Below are positions 55,355-63,496 of a stretch of 64,000 bases of DNA, one piece after another. Within the stretch, counting starts at the first letter, position 1. Each line of letters begins with the position of its first letter. The stretch covers positions 5,463 through 69,462 of the forward strand of contig JAISKJ010000001.1 in NCBI GenBank assembly GCA_031260975.1, given 5' to 3'. This DNA is from Christensenellaceae bacterium. Lineage in GTDB: Bacteria > Bacillota > Clostridia > Christensenellales > UBA1242. Both the position numbers and the translations under genes were made by a program. The notes below the pieces were generated by a model. That model did no database searches, was not told where the DNA came from, and saw only the letters and a list, made by a program, of their open reading frames with translations.

Positions 55355-56764
55355 ATGAAAAAAACAAAAACAATCTGCACTTTAGGACCTGCCACAAGTG
55401 ACTATCAAACAATTTTAGGTCTTATTAAAAACGGTATGAATGTGGCAAGACTGAACATGAGTCACGGAAATCTCAGCACTCATCAAAAATCCATTGATAT
55501 GGTAAAGCAAGCACGCCTCGAGCTTGGAGTGCCGTGTGCCATTATGCTTGACACACGAGGGCCTGAAATTAGAATAGGACATTTCAGCTGCGACAAGATT
55601 ATCCTCAAAAGAGGTGATTTATTTACTTTCACCTCACGCCAGATTGATGGTGACCAAAACGAGGTTTCAATAAATTTTCCTCCCATAATTAAGGGCGCCA
55701 AGGTCGGCGGGTCGGTTTTTGCAAACAGCGGGCTTCTGGAGTTTAAAATTATTGAAGTCACAAAAACAGATATTATATGTAAGGTCGTTGAAGGCGGAGA
55801 ACTTTCCTCCTATAAAAACTTTGCTGTCCCCAGAGCCAAGATTGATATGCCCTATCTTAGTGAAACCGACAAAGAACACATAAAGTTTGCTGCCCAAAAC
55901 AATTTGGAATTTGTGGCATGCTCGTTTGTGGGCGGAGCTGAGGACGTAAGGGTTGTCAAAAAATATATTGCGAGCCTTGGCGGAGATATGGAAATCATAT
56001 CCAAAATAGAAAGCGAAGAAGGCATAAACAATCTTGAAGAAATTATTGATGAAAGTCACGGCATAATGATAGCACGCGGCGACATGGGAACTGAAATACC
56101 TATCGCACAAATACCGTCAGTTCAAAAACATATCATTAACTCCTGCACCATTAAAGGCAAGCCTGTTATTGTAGCCACCGAAATGCTGGAGTCTATGACC
56201 GAAAAAACAAGGCCCACCAGAGCCGAAGCTGCCGACGTGGCAGCAGCCGTGTTTGACGGCACCTGCGCTACAATGCTGTCAGGTGAAACCGCTGTGGGAG
56301 TAAATCCTGTGGGAGCTGCCAAAACCATGAGCAGTATTGCAGATGTTACCGAACAAAACATAGACTATGATGAAGCATTTGTCGGCCACTTTAAATATCA
56401 CAACGCACTTGATGCCGTGTCATACTCGGCCTGTGCTGCTGCAATGGCACTGAAAGCAAAAGTCATTGTATGCTTCACTCAAACAGGCCGCACGGTTAAA
56501 CGCCTCAGTCGATTTAGACCCGCAGCCACAATCCTTGCTGTCACCTACAATCCCCAAGTATACAACACTCTGTCTCTCAGCTGGGGAGTACTTCCGGTTC
56601 TGACGCCTGCTGAAATCAAATTTGACAATATGTTTGAAACAGCCAATCAGCTGGTAAAAGACCTCAAACTTGCCAAGCGGGGAGATGTAATAATCATCAC
56701 TACGGGCTCCCCCACTGTACACATGGGTCCGACCAATATGATAAAGATATCCGAAGTTGAATAA
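55355..56764 (+). CDS. pyk: pyruvate kinase
   Basis: KTKTICTLGPAT, ARLNMSHG, MIARGDMGTEIP, ATEMLESM and ETAVG. Confidence 0.95.
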   Translation: MKKTKTICTLGPATSDYQTILGLIKNGMNVARLNMSHGNLSTHQKSIDMVKQARLELGVPCAIMLDTRGPEIRIGHFSCDKIILKRGDLFTFTSRQIDGDQNEVSINFPPIIKGAKVGGSVFANSGLLEFKIIEVTKTDIICKVVEGGELSSYKNFAVPRAKIDMPYLSETDKEHIKFAAQNNLEFVACSFVGGAEDVRVVKKYIASLGGDMEIISKIESEEGINNLEEIIDESHGIMIARGDMGTEIPIAQIPSVQKHIINSCTIKGKPVIVATEMLESMTEKTRPTRAEAADVAAAVFDGTCATMLSGETAVGVNPVGAAKTMSSIADVTEQNIDYDEAFVGHFKYHNALDAVSYSACAAAMALKAKVIVCFTQTGRTVKRLSRFRPAATILAVTYNPQVYNTLSLSWGVLPVLTPAEIKFDNMFETANQLVKDLKLAKRGDVIIITTGSPTVHMGPTNMIKISEVE

Positions 56765-56823
56765 GACAGTCAAAAAACAATAAAGTATTGATTTTCTGTT
56801 CATTTGATAGTATAATACTCTAT

Positions 56824-57702
56824 ATGGAAAAAAGATATTACTCTCCTGTTCTCAGCCAACAGGAAATTGACAAAATTATATCAGAACTTGACCCTAGTGG
56901 ACCCATGACAAAAGTGGGCATTGATAAGATTTGCTACTACAACAACTTTGATAATGATAAGGTGCTTTTAGTAAGCAACTTGTTTAATGAAGAATTTGAA
57001 TATGTGAATGATAAACTTTTAGATTTAAAAGCACATGGTATAAATGTTTGTCCTACACTTGGGGCATTTATTCCACATGCTAACAAATTAAATAAACATA
57101 AACTGCTGGATGTTTATGGAAGAAAAGCATTTATTATTCAACAAAAAGCAAATGGTATACAGCTCGATAACGCTTGCGGACGAACATCAGTACATGATGA
57201 AATTTGGTTAACAACAGCAAGCAATAATTCACTTGAAATATTGGCCGGCGCGACCTTACCACAATACAAAAAATTTATAAACGATATGTTGACAATTCTT
57301 AACAGTGGAATAGAAATTGATTTTAAGAGAAAATCAAATTTCTTCTATGACCCAAATGACGGATTTACCATTATAGATTTAACGAATAAAAAGAACCCTG
57401 AAGAAAATAAATTTAATAATTATACTTTTATTAAACAAGTTTTTGGACTTATTTGTTATAGACCGAGCGCAAAGCGTGGGACATATGAATTTGAGCAATC
57501 AAGAGAGAGTGCCCTTATGATTGCAGAAAAAATGGCAAATGCCTTGCTTGATTGCGACAAACCATTCACCAAAAAAGAAGTTGGTGAAGGTATAGACCTA
57601 TTAAAAAGTTACGGTTTTGATTTTTATGAAAAAATTAGTATGAATAAAATAATAAACAATGCAAAGACAAAACAAGAGCCTTCGGAACCCGCTTTTATTT
57701 AA
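56824..57702 (+). CDS. orphan protein with a kinase-like catalytic-loop pattern
   Basis: IEIDFKRKSNFFYDPNDGFTIIDL resembles the (H/I)xDxxxxN...(I/V)IDL segment of APH/protein-kinase-like phosphotransferases. The gene is visibly more AT-rich than its neighbours. Confidence 0.6.
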   Translation: MEKRYYSPVLSQQEIDKIISELDPSGPMTKVGIDKICYYNNFDNDKVLLVSNLFNEEFEYVNDKLLDLKAHGINVCPTLGAFIPHANKLNKHKLLDVYGRKAFIIQQKANGIQLDNACGRTSVHDEIWLTTASNNSLEILAGATLPQYKKFINDMLTILNSGIEIDFKRKSNFFYDPNDGFTIIDLTNKKNPEENKFNNYTFIKQVFGLICYRPSAKRGTYEFEQSRESALMIAEKMANALLDCDKPFTKKEVGEGIDLLKSYGFDFYEKISMNKIINNAKTKQEPSEPAFI

Positions 57703-57704
57703 TA

Positions 57705-57735
57705 TAAAAAACCACGATTATGTCGTGGTTTTTAA
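57705..57735. terminator. bidirectional terminator between convergent genes
   Basis: ACCACGA-ttatg-TCGTGGT flanked by A- and T-runs. Confidence 0.75.
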
Positions 57736-57738
57736 TTT

Positions 57739-58689
57739 TTATTCTTTATTTTCATCCTTGGGCTCAACTACAAATATAGTTTTTGGAGTTGCGACCTTTT
57801 TTGCAGCCGGTTTTTTGGCCGCAGGCTTTTTAGCCGTAGTTGAAGAAGTTTTCTTTTTAGGTGCTTTTTTAACCTCTACTTCAAACTCGCCAACTGCCAT
57901 CGTAACTTTAGTTTCTTTAGATGTAGCTTTTTTAGCCTTTGCTTTTTTAGCTGCTGTTTTCTTTTTGGCAGCTTCCTTTTTTTCCTTTTCCTTAACTATA
58001 TCAGCAACTTCATCCATTGCGTCCTTAGTCTTGGGAGCAGCTCTCTTCTTTGCGTCATCCTTAATGATAATAACCTGTGTGGTGCCTTTGCCTGCTTCTG
58101 CTGCCTTAACCTGCTCAGCGGACTTAGCATCCTTTTCTTTACCGGCATCCACAATCTGGTGCTGTTCATCGCTTGAAGCAAGAACCGTCACAAGCAAACT
58201 TGTAAATGTGTTTACAAACAAGTAAGCCGCAGTCAGCAGATAAAGCTCTGTCTGGTTGTTAAAGTTCTGAACAAACAGCATTACACCAAATATAAGGTTT
58301 ATGCCTCCGTCAATCATAATTCCGGCAAACGGTGAGCGCTCTATTACATACTTAATAGACATTGCAAGCTCTACAACTCCGGCAGTAAGCAGCCAAATTC
58401 CAAATATCAGAGGAAACAGTCCGGTAGTAGTTATCAGCGCCAGAGCAATTATGCCCCAAACGGCATCCATCGCTCCCAATACAAAGTTTGGAATACTATC
58501 CTTTTCATGTCTCGCAAACCAGCCATAAAGCAGACGGGCCACACCAATAGCCAACACACCAAGACCCATAACGAGTAGCAGCGTAATTTCATTGGCAAAC
58601 CCTGCAATTGCCGACATTATTATACCAAGAACAAACAGCAGCAGCGCGCTTCCAATCGGCAAAAGTTTAAATTTATTTGCAACCTTCAT
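57739..58689 (-). CDS. HdeD/DUF308-like multi-TM protein with a Lys/Ala-rich (histone H1-like) C-terminal tail
   Basis: Six hydrophobic helices, then KKRAAPKTKD...AAKKKTAAKKAKAKKATSKE...TTAKKPAAKKPAAKKVATPK. Confidence 0.7.
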   Translation of the reverse strand: MKVANKFKLLPIGSALLLFVLGIIMSAIAGFANEITLLLVMGLGVLAIGVARLLYGWFARHEKDSIPNFVLGAMDAVWGIIALALITTTGLFPLIFGIWLLTAGVVELAMSIKYVIERSPFAGIMIDGGINLIFGVMLFVQNFNNQTELYLLTAAYLFVNTFTSLLVTVLASSDEQHQIVDAGKEKDAKSAEQVKAAEAGKGTTQVIIIKDDAKKRAAPKTKDAMDEVADIVKEKEKKEAAKKKTAAKKAKAKKATSKETKVTMAVGEFEVEVKKAPKKKTSSTTAKKPAAKKPAAKKVATPKTIFVVEPKDENKE

Positions 58690-58893
58690 ACTTTTCTCCT
58701 TTTGTTTTCATATATTTTACTACAAAATAAAGTTTATTGCAAACGATTGCACACAATTTGTCAAACCTAGTCTTTTAAAAATCCTACCCCTCCTTATCAC
58801 ATAATGGTGCACAGTTTTGAGTTTTTATAAATGATAATAACGTATAAAAACTTTATATTGAAATGTAAAATGGTTTTATAAGATAAAACTTAT

Positions 58894-59122
58894 TTATCCA
58901 CAGTTGGCCTCATTTTTTGTGCACAAAATCTGTGAAACTCAAACATTTTGTCATACCCATTGTGGACAACTTTTGATTTTTTGTGGATAAGTGGATAACT
59001 TTTGTATAAAACCACCCATATATGCATGAAAATGATTAAACATAAACAATTTTAATATTTATAAATCATAATGAATAATTATACCATTGTGGATTGGTGG
59101 ATAACTTTTTCTGTTTTCCACA
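58894..59122. other. DnaA-box cluster with an AT-rich core (oriC-like or DnaA-binding element)
   Basis: Two perfect boxes: TTATCCACA at 58894-902 and TGTGGATAA at 58982-990. Four one-mismatch boxes: 58961-969, 58990-998, 59096-104 and 59114-122. An AT-rich stretch spans 59004-59086. Confidence 0.7.
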
Positions 59123-59202
59123 AATGCACAAAACATAACCCTAATTCCTCCAGAATTATACAATATATTGAATATATGTTAAAAGCTCTCACTTAACAAG
59201 CC

Positions 59203-60630
59203 TCAGCTCTTCTTTGGCCCGATTATGCTCACTTCACTTTTAGGCAACGTCATACCTTGAGGAAGCTCATCAGCACCTTCATAAACTATGCCGTATTGCG
59301 GCATATAGCTCTCACGCCTCAGCGGAATTTCTTTTATAAGCTTCCCCTCTTCATAATAAGCAATATAGCTCTGAACTTCATATCCCACTTTTGGGTAACT
59401 TTCTCTTATATATTCACCCTTAAACATTATCCTATCAGCATACTTCCCTTCAAGGTCAAGCACAACACTGTCTCCGTTGTGCGGAATTTCTTTAATCACT
59501 TTTGAGCTTGTTTTAATTGTCTGTCCTTCTTCAAGAGTGTTTCCGAAAATAGTAAAAGTCAGTTTGTTGTCAACATTCTCGGCTTTTATAAAAGCGGGAT
59601 ATTTGCTGATGTTTTTAAATTTGAGATCGGCAGTACTGTAACTCACCATAGCATCAAGCGCAAGAGGCGCATAACTTATAGGCAGTGAATGTTTGTGTAC
59701 CTCCACAATATCTATGCCGGCAAGAACCAGAGCATTATACAGTGTAGTAGAAACCTGACACACGCCGCCGCCCACGCCCTTTTCAAATTTTCCGCCGGTG
59801 ATAATATTTGCCTCGGCATAACCGGCTTCCCCTGTTCTTACGCCCACAATCTGGTTGAATGAATATGTCTTATCAGGTTCCAGCATCAGTCCGCTCAAAG
59901 CACTGCTGGCAAGTTTAATGTTATTTTTACGCTCTGTTATAGATGATCTGTAGTCGGTAGTGAAGCTTGATATCTTACGCGTTGCATTTTCAAAATACTC
60001 TTCGTTGTGCTCAGGCTGTATTTCAGTGGCCACTACATAAACCACCACATGCGGGCTGAGCTGCAAGCCTGTTATAATATCATCAATAAGCTGGGCTTTG
60101 TCCACCTTTATAGCAGGCTGGCTTTTGGTTATCTTAAAAGGCTCTTTCAGTTTCGGGTCAAATGTAATAGTGCTCTCCACTTCTTCCTGTTCAATTTCCG
60201 AAAGAATTGCCTCCATCTTTTCTTCAATGTTGTCAAATATATAATTTAAAACAAACTTATCCTCAGCCCCCAAACCGCGAAGCTGTCTGATTGCCTGAAG
60301 GCGTCTAAAAAAGCTGTCGTCAAATTCCCTGCTATATACATCGTCAATCAACTGCTTTGCATTGTGCTTAGTGCTGAAGTTGGCACCATTAAACTGCCAC
60401 ACCTTGTCTTTATATATTATGTCTAAAGTGGCCTCACCTGCAAGCTCCTTAGCATACTCATCAAGCTTGTTATAAGCTTGCGTTCTAGAAAGCCCGCCAA
60501 TGTCCACTCCGCCTACGGTCGTGCCTTCATTAAACACCTGAGAACTGCTTTTGTCCGTGGCAAACAAAAATATAGCGCCGAACACCAGCACTGCCACAAC
60601 CAAAATGCTTGCTATAATCCTCGTTTTCAT
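59203..60630 (-). CDS. VanW family protein
   Basis: N-terminal TM, then YSFNQIVG...GYAEA..I.GG....GVGGGVCQVSTTLYNA, typical of VanW. Confidence 0.85.
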   Translation of the reverse strand: MKTRIIASILVVAVLVFGAIFLFATDKSSSQVFNEGTTVGGVDIGGLSRTQAYNKLDEYAKELAGEATLDIIYKDKVWQFNGANFSTKHNAKQLIDDVYSREFDDSFFRRLQAIRQLRGLGAEDKFVLNYIFDNIEEKMEAILSEIEQEEVESTITFDPKLKEPFKITKSQPAIKVDKAQLIDDIITGLQLSPHVVVYVVATEIQPEHNEEYFENATRKISSFTTDYRSSITERKNNIKLASSALSGLMLEPDKTYSFNQIVGVRTGEAGYAEANIITGGKFEKGVGGGVCQVSTTLYNALVLAGIDIVEVHKHSLPISYAPLALDAMVSYSTADLKFKNISKYPAFIKAENVDNKLTFTIFGNTLEEGQTIKTSSKVIKEIPHNGDSVVLDLEGKYADRIMFKGEYIRESYPKVGYEVQSYIAYYEEGKLIKEIPLRRESYMPQYGIVYEGADELPQGMTLPKSEVSIIGPKKS

Positions 60631-61070
60631 ACTAAACTCCTTAAAGTTAGTATGTAAAACCTAAAAATAAATTATACAGGGGAATTCCCTTGAACAACCC
60701 CGATCAGTGAAAATAATTTTCTTTTTGTCAGAAAGAAAAAATCACCCTCTATAGTTGACTTACAATAAAGCTAATACCCCTCTTTATTATATATTCCACG
60801 ATTTATTTAACTTAATTATAGAACATTTTGACAGCTTTTGCAAATTTTTCCGCTCTTTTTGATGCAACCAATTTGGACAAAAGCATTGACACAGCAGACA
60901 TAATTTGTTAAACTGTTATTATTGATTCTAAGAGACTTATCAAACTTTTTTAAAACCGCGCTGGAAAACCAATGATAATGGCAACTCGCCACTATAGTCA
61001 ATAAATCCGAATATTTCCAAGATAGACAATTATGACAAGTCAACGCAGAAACCAAGCAACTTTAATATGT

Positions 61071-61161
61071 GGAGAGGTACTCAAGAGGCTCAAGAGGATG
61101 CCCTGCTAAGGCATTAGTACGGGAAACCGTAGCGCGGGTTCAAATCCCGCCCTCTCCGCCA
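61071..61161 (+). tRNA. tRNA-Ser (anticodon GCU), CCA encoded
   Basis: Folded by hand. Acceptor GGAGAGG/CCTCTCC, anticodon stem ATGCC/GGCAT with loop CTGCTAA, long variable arm TACGG-gaaa-CCGTA, and T arm GCGGG-TTCAAAT-CCCGC. Confidence 0.95.
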
Positions 61162-61163
61162 TG

Positions 61164-61188
61164 AACCACAACATGTTGTGGTTTTTTA
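61164..61188 (+). terminator. terminator hairpin immediately after tRNA-Ser
   Basis: AACCACAAC-at-GTTGTGGTT, then TTTTT. Confidence 0.7.
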
Positions 61189-61240
61189 TTGAGTGGCACA
61201 AGATGTTGATTTAGAATTGTTACTATACAGAAAAAACCGA

Positions 61241-61293
61241 GGTAGAAAAATTGGTAGAAATGCAAAATTTTTGGTAGAAAAGATTTTTCTACA
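61241..61293. repeat. three direct GGTAGAAA repeats plus one inverted copy (candidate integrase arm-type sites)
   Basis: GGTAGAAA at 61241-48, 61253-60 and 61273-80. The inverted TTTCTAC overlaps the int stop codon. Confidence 0.55.
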
Positions 61294-62533
61294 TTTCAAA
61301 GCTTTTGTTCTTTTTTGCTTTTAATGCTACAAGTTCGGCTTCGAGACGGGCTATTTCGTTATCTTCATCAGTGGTAATTTTGTCTTCGAAAATTTTCATA
61401 ACTTGTTTTGCTGTTTCGGTTTTGGAGGTGGTATCCAGATGCGAATAAATATTTGCTGTGGTTTCGTAGGTACTATGACCAAGCCATTCCTGAATTTGCT
61501 TCATGGGGATTTTATATGCTAACAGTAGGCTTGCACAACTATGACGCAGTTCGTGAAAGCGGATTCTAGGTAAGCTTGTGTGTTTAATAATCCTATGGAA
61601 ATTATCGGAAAGGTATTGGGCTTTTAGCCGCTCACCCATGTCATTTATACAGATGTATTCTTGAAACTTTTTGGAGTATGCATTCTTGTATCTTTCTTTG
61701 TTTTCATTTTGTCTTTGTTTTTCATTAAGCAGAAGTTCTTTGATAAATGGCAATAGAGGATAGGAACGATAACTTGAATTGTTTTTTGTTGAGTCCTTAG
61801 CGAGCTCAATTCTTTTGCCGTCAATTTTAGTTTCTACAATAGTATGCTCAATCAAAATTTCGTTGGTGTGAAAATTGATGGCGTTCCAACGCAGTCCTAA
61901 AACTTCACTTCGCCTGAGTCCGTAAGCTACGGTTAGTTTGTAGATATAGTCATATCTATTTCTTTCGGTGGCTTCAAATAATACCTTTAACTGTTCGTAG
62001 TTGTAAAACTTTGAATTATACTTCGGGCTTCTTGGGCGTTCAATTTTATCTGCCGGATTAGAGGGAATAATTTCTCCGATTACAAGAGATTGCAGGCACT
62101 TTCGTATATTGACATGGAAATGTTCACAGACCTGTATGGACTTGCCTAAATCCTGCATATCTTTGTAGAACTTTTGCAGGTGAAATGGTCGCAGGTCTGC
62201 AACCTTAATTTGAATGGGTTTAAAATATTTCGTAATCTGTGCCACTTGCAATTTGTATGAGTTGTATGTAGTTGCCTGTAAGTTCCCGCGAAGGTTATCT
62301 AACCATAAATCCAGATACTCATGAAACATCAAGTCTTCAAGTGGTGATGATTCTCTCTTACTTTTGATTTCAAAATTGTTAAGTTCTTTGCGCAGCATGT
62401 CTTCTGCTTTTCTTTTGTTCCCTTTTTCATCAAGCCCGGTAGCTATCCATTTTTGTTTTGTGTTATCTTCTAAATCCTTGTATTTAATGACGGCATAATA
62501 TTTGCCGTTTTTTACTGCCAAATATCCGTTCAT
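61289..62533 (-). CDS. int: tyrosine-type site-specific integrase
   Basis: GLRRSEVLGLRW, HELRHSCASLLL and LGHSTYETTANIYSH (R..H-x-x-R..Y catalytic pattern). Confidence 0.9.
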   Translation of the reverse strand: MNGYLAVKNGKYYAVIKYKDLEDNTKQKWIATGLDEKGNKRKAEDMLRKELNNFEIKSKRESSPLEDLMFHEYLDLWLDNLRGNLQATTYNSYKLQVAQITKYFKPIQIKVADLRPFHLQKFYKDMQDLGKSIQVCEHFHVNIRKCLQSLVIGEIIPSNPADKIERPRSPKYNSKFYNYEQLKVLFEATERNRYDYIYKLTVAYGLRRSEVLGLRWNAINFHTNEILIEHTIVETKIDGKRIELAKDSTKNNSSYRSYPLLPFIKELLLNEKQRQNENKERYKNAYSKKFQEYICINDMGERLKAQYLSDNFHRIIKHTSLPRIRFHELRHSCASLLLAYKIPMKQIQEWLGHSTYETTANIYSHLDTTSKTETAKQVMKIFEDKITTDEDNEIARLEAELVALKAKKNKSFEM

Positions 62534-62733
62534 TTTTTAACCCCCATAAAAAAATATTCAATAACATCTGTTTTGGCTATCAAATATTTCTTTCCTATTT
62601 TCTTTGAGTAAATCAGTCCTTTGTTTACAAGTTTGTACGCATAGTTTTTTCCTATCTTTAACATGGCAGCAAACTGTTGCATATCAAGCACATCCGGATA
62701 CTCATTAAATATTTCATGTTTTATGATGCTCAT
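62530..62733 (-). CDS. xis: excisionase-type small HTH DNA-binding protein
   Basis: 67 aa. LDMQQFAAMLKIGKNYAYKLVNKGLIYSKKIGKKYLI. Overlaps the int start by 4 nt. Confidence 0.7.
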   Translation of the reverse strand: MSIIKHEIFNEYPDVLDMQQFAAMLKIGKNYAYKLVNKGLIYSKKIGKKYLIAKTDVIEYFFMGVKK

Positions 62734-63315
62734 AATAGTTAACCTCGCTTTTATTTATTTTGCTTTATTAGGGCATAAAAAAGAAGTGGGTGTCCCACTT
62801 GCGATGTATTGGGAATGTGGCTCAAAATTGGTTCAGGGGGTTGTTCAGAATGAATCACCCTGAACATCAGTATTTTAAAGAGATTTATCTCTTTAAAATC
62901 TGATTTTGAGCCAAATGCTTATCCTGCTTGGAATAAAATGCATAGCTATACCATAGTTTTTCTTTCCTCCTTAATTATTTTTTTGAAAAGATAAACAGCG
63001 AATTTTTAATTCGCTGTTTGGAGGGTAATAATTTTTAGGTTTAAACTTTTACAAAGCTCGATGTTTTTTTGAACTTATTTCGTTGTCCTATTGAAATTTC
63101 TTTTCTAAAAAACAAATACCCCTCTACTATATAACTACATTTTTTTGTCAAAAGGTGTCCCGCTTTTTCATGTTTTTACAAAAAAAGTTGAAAAAAGACT
63201 TTTTTTCTCCCTTTCCTTTGGCGCGAATAATTAACAAATTAAATACAAAAATATTACAGAAAAATATAGGAACTCAGTCAGATTGGATTTAATGACAAAT
63301 TTAAAGGGGGCTTGT

Positions 63316-63411
63316 ATGTTTTATGAACTATGTCGCAAAAAAAGATTTAATCCTTTGATTTGTGATGGAGGATTCTTTGACCAACTATTAATCAATTTAA
63401 TAAAAGTTTAA
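63316..63411 (+). CDS. possible 31-aa peptide
   Basis: ATG preceded by AAAGGGGG. Translation MFYELCRKKRFNPLICDGGFFDQLLINLIKV. No other support. Confidence 0.2.
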   Translation: MFYELCRKKRFNPLICDGGFFDQLLINLIKV

Positions 63412-63496
63412 TTTGTAAAATGTAATAATTCTGCTATAATAAGAAATATAAAATAATGATAGAAGAATTAAATTTGAGATAAAAGGGGAATTTGAT

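Noticed and set aside
60816-61055. 79-aa Cys-rich minus-strand ORF just upstream of tRNA-Ser.
   Set aside because: It has no RBS. It sits in the probable tRNA promoter/leader region (TTGACA-17-TAAACT at about 60885-60913 on the plus strand) and looks like a chance ORF in AT-rich DNA.
61241-61293. Short spaced GGTAGAAA repeats as a possible mini CRISPR array.
   Set aside because: The repeats are only 8 nt long with irregular 4- and 12-nt gaps, and they lie next to an integrase. They fit arm-type recombinase sites, not CRISPR.
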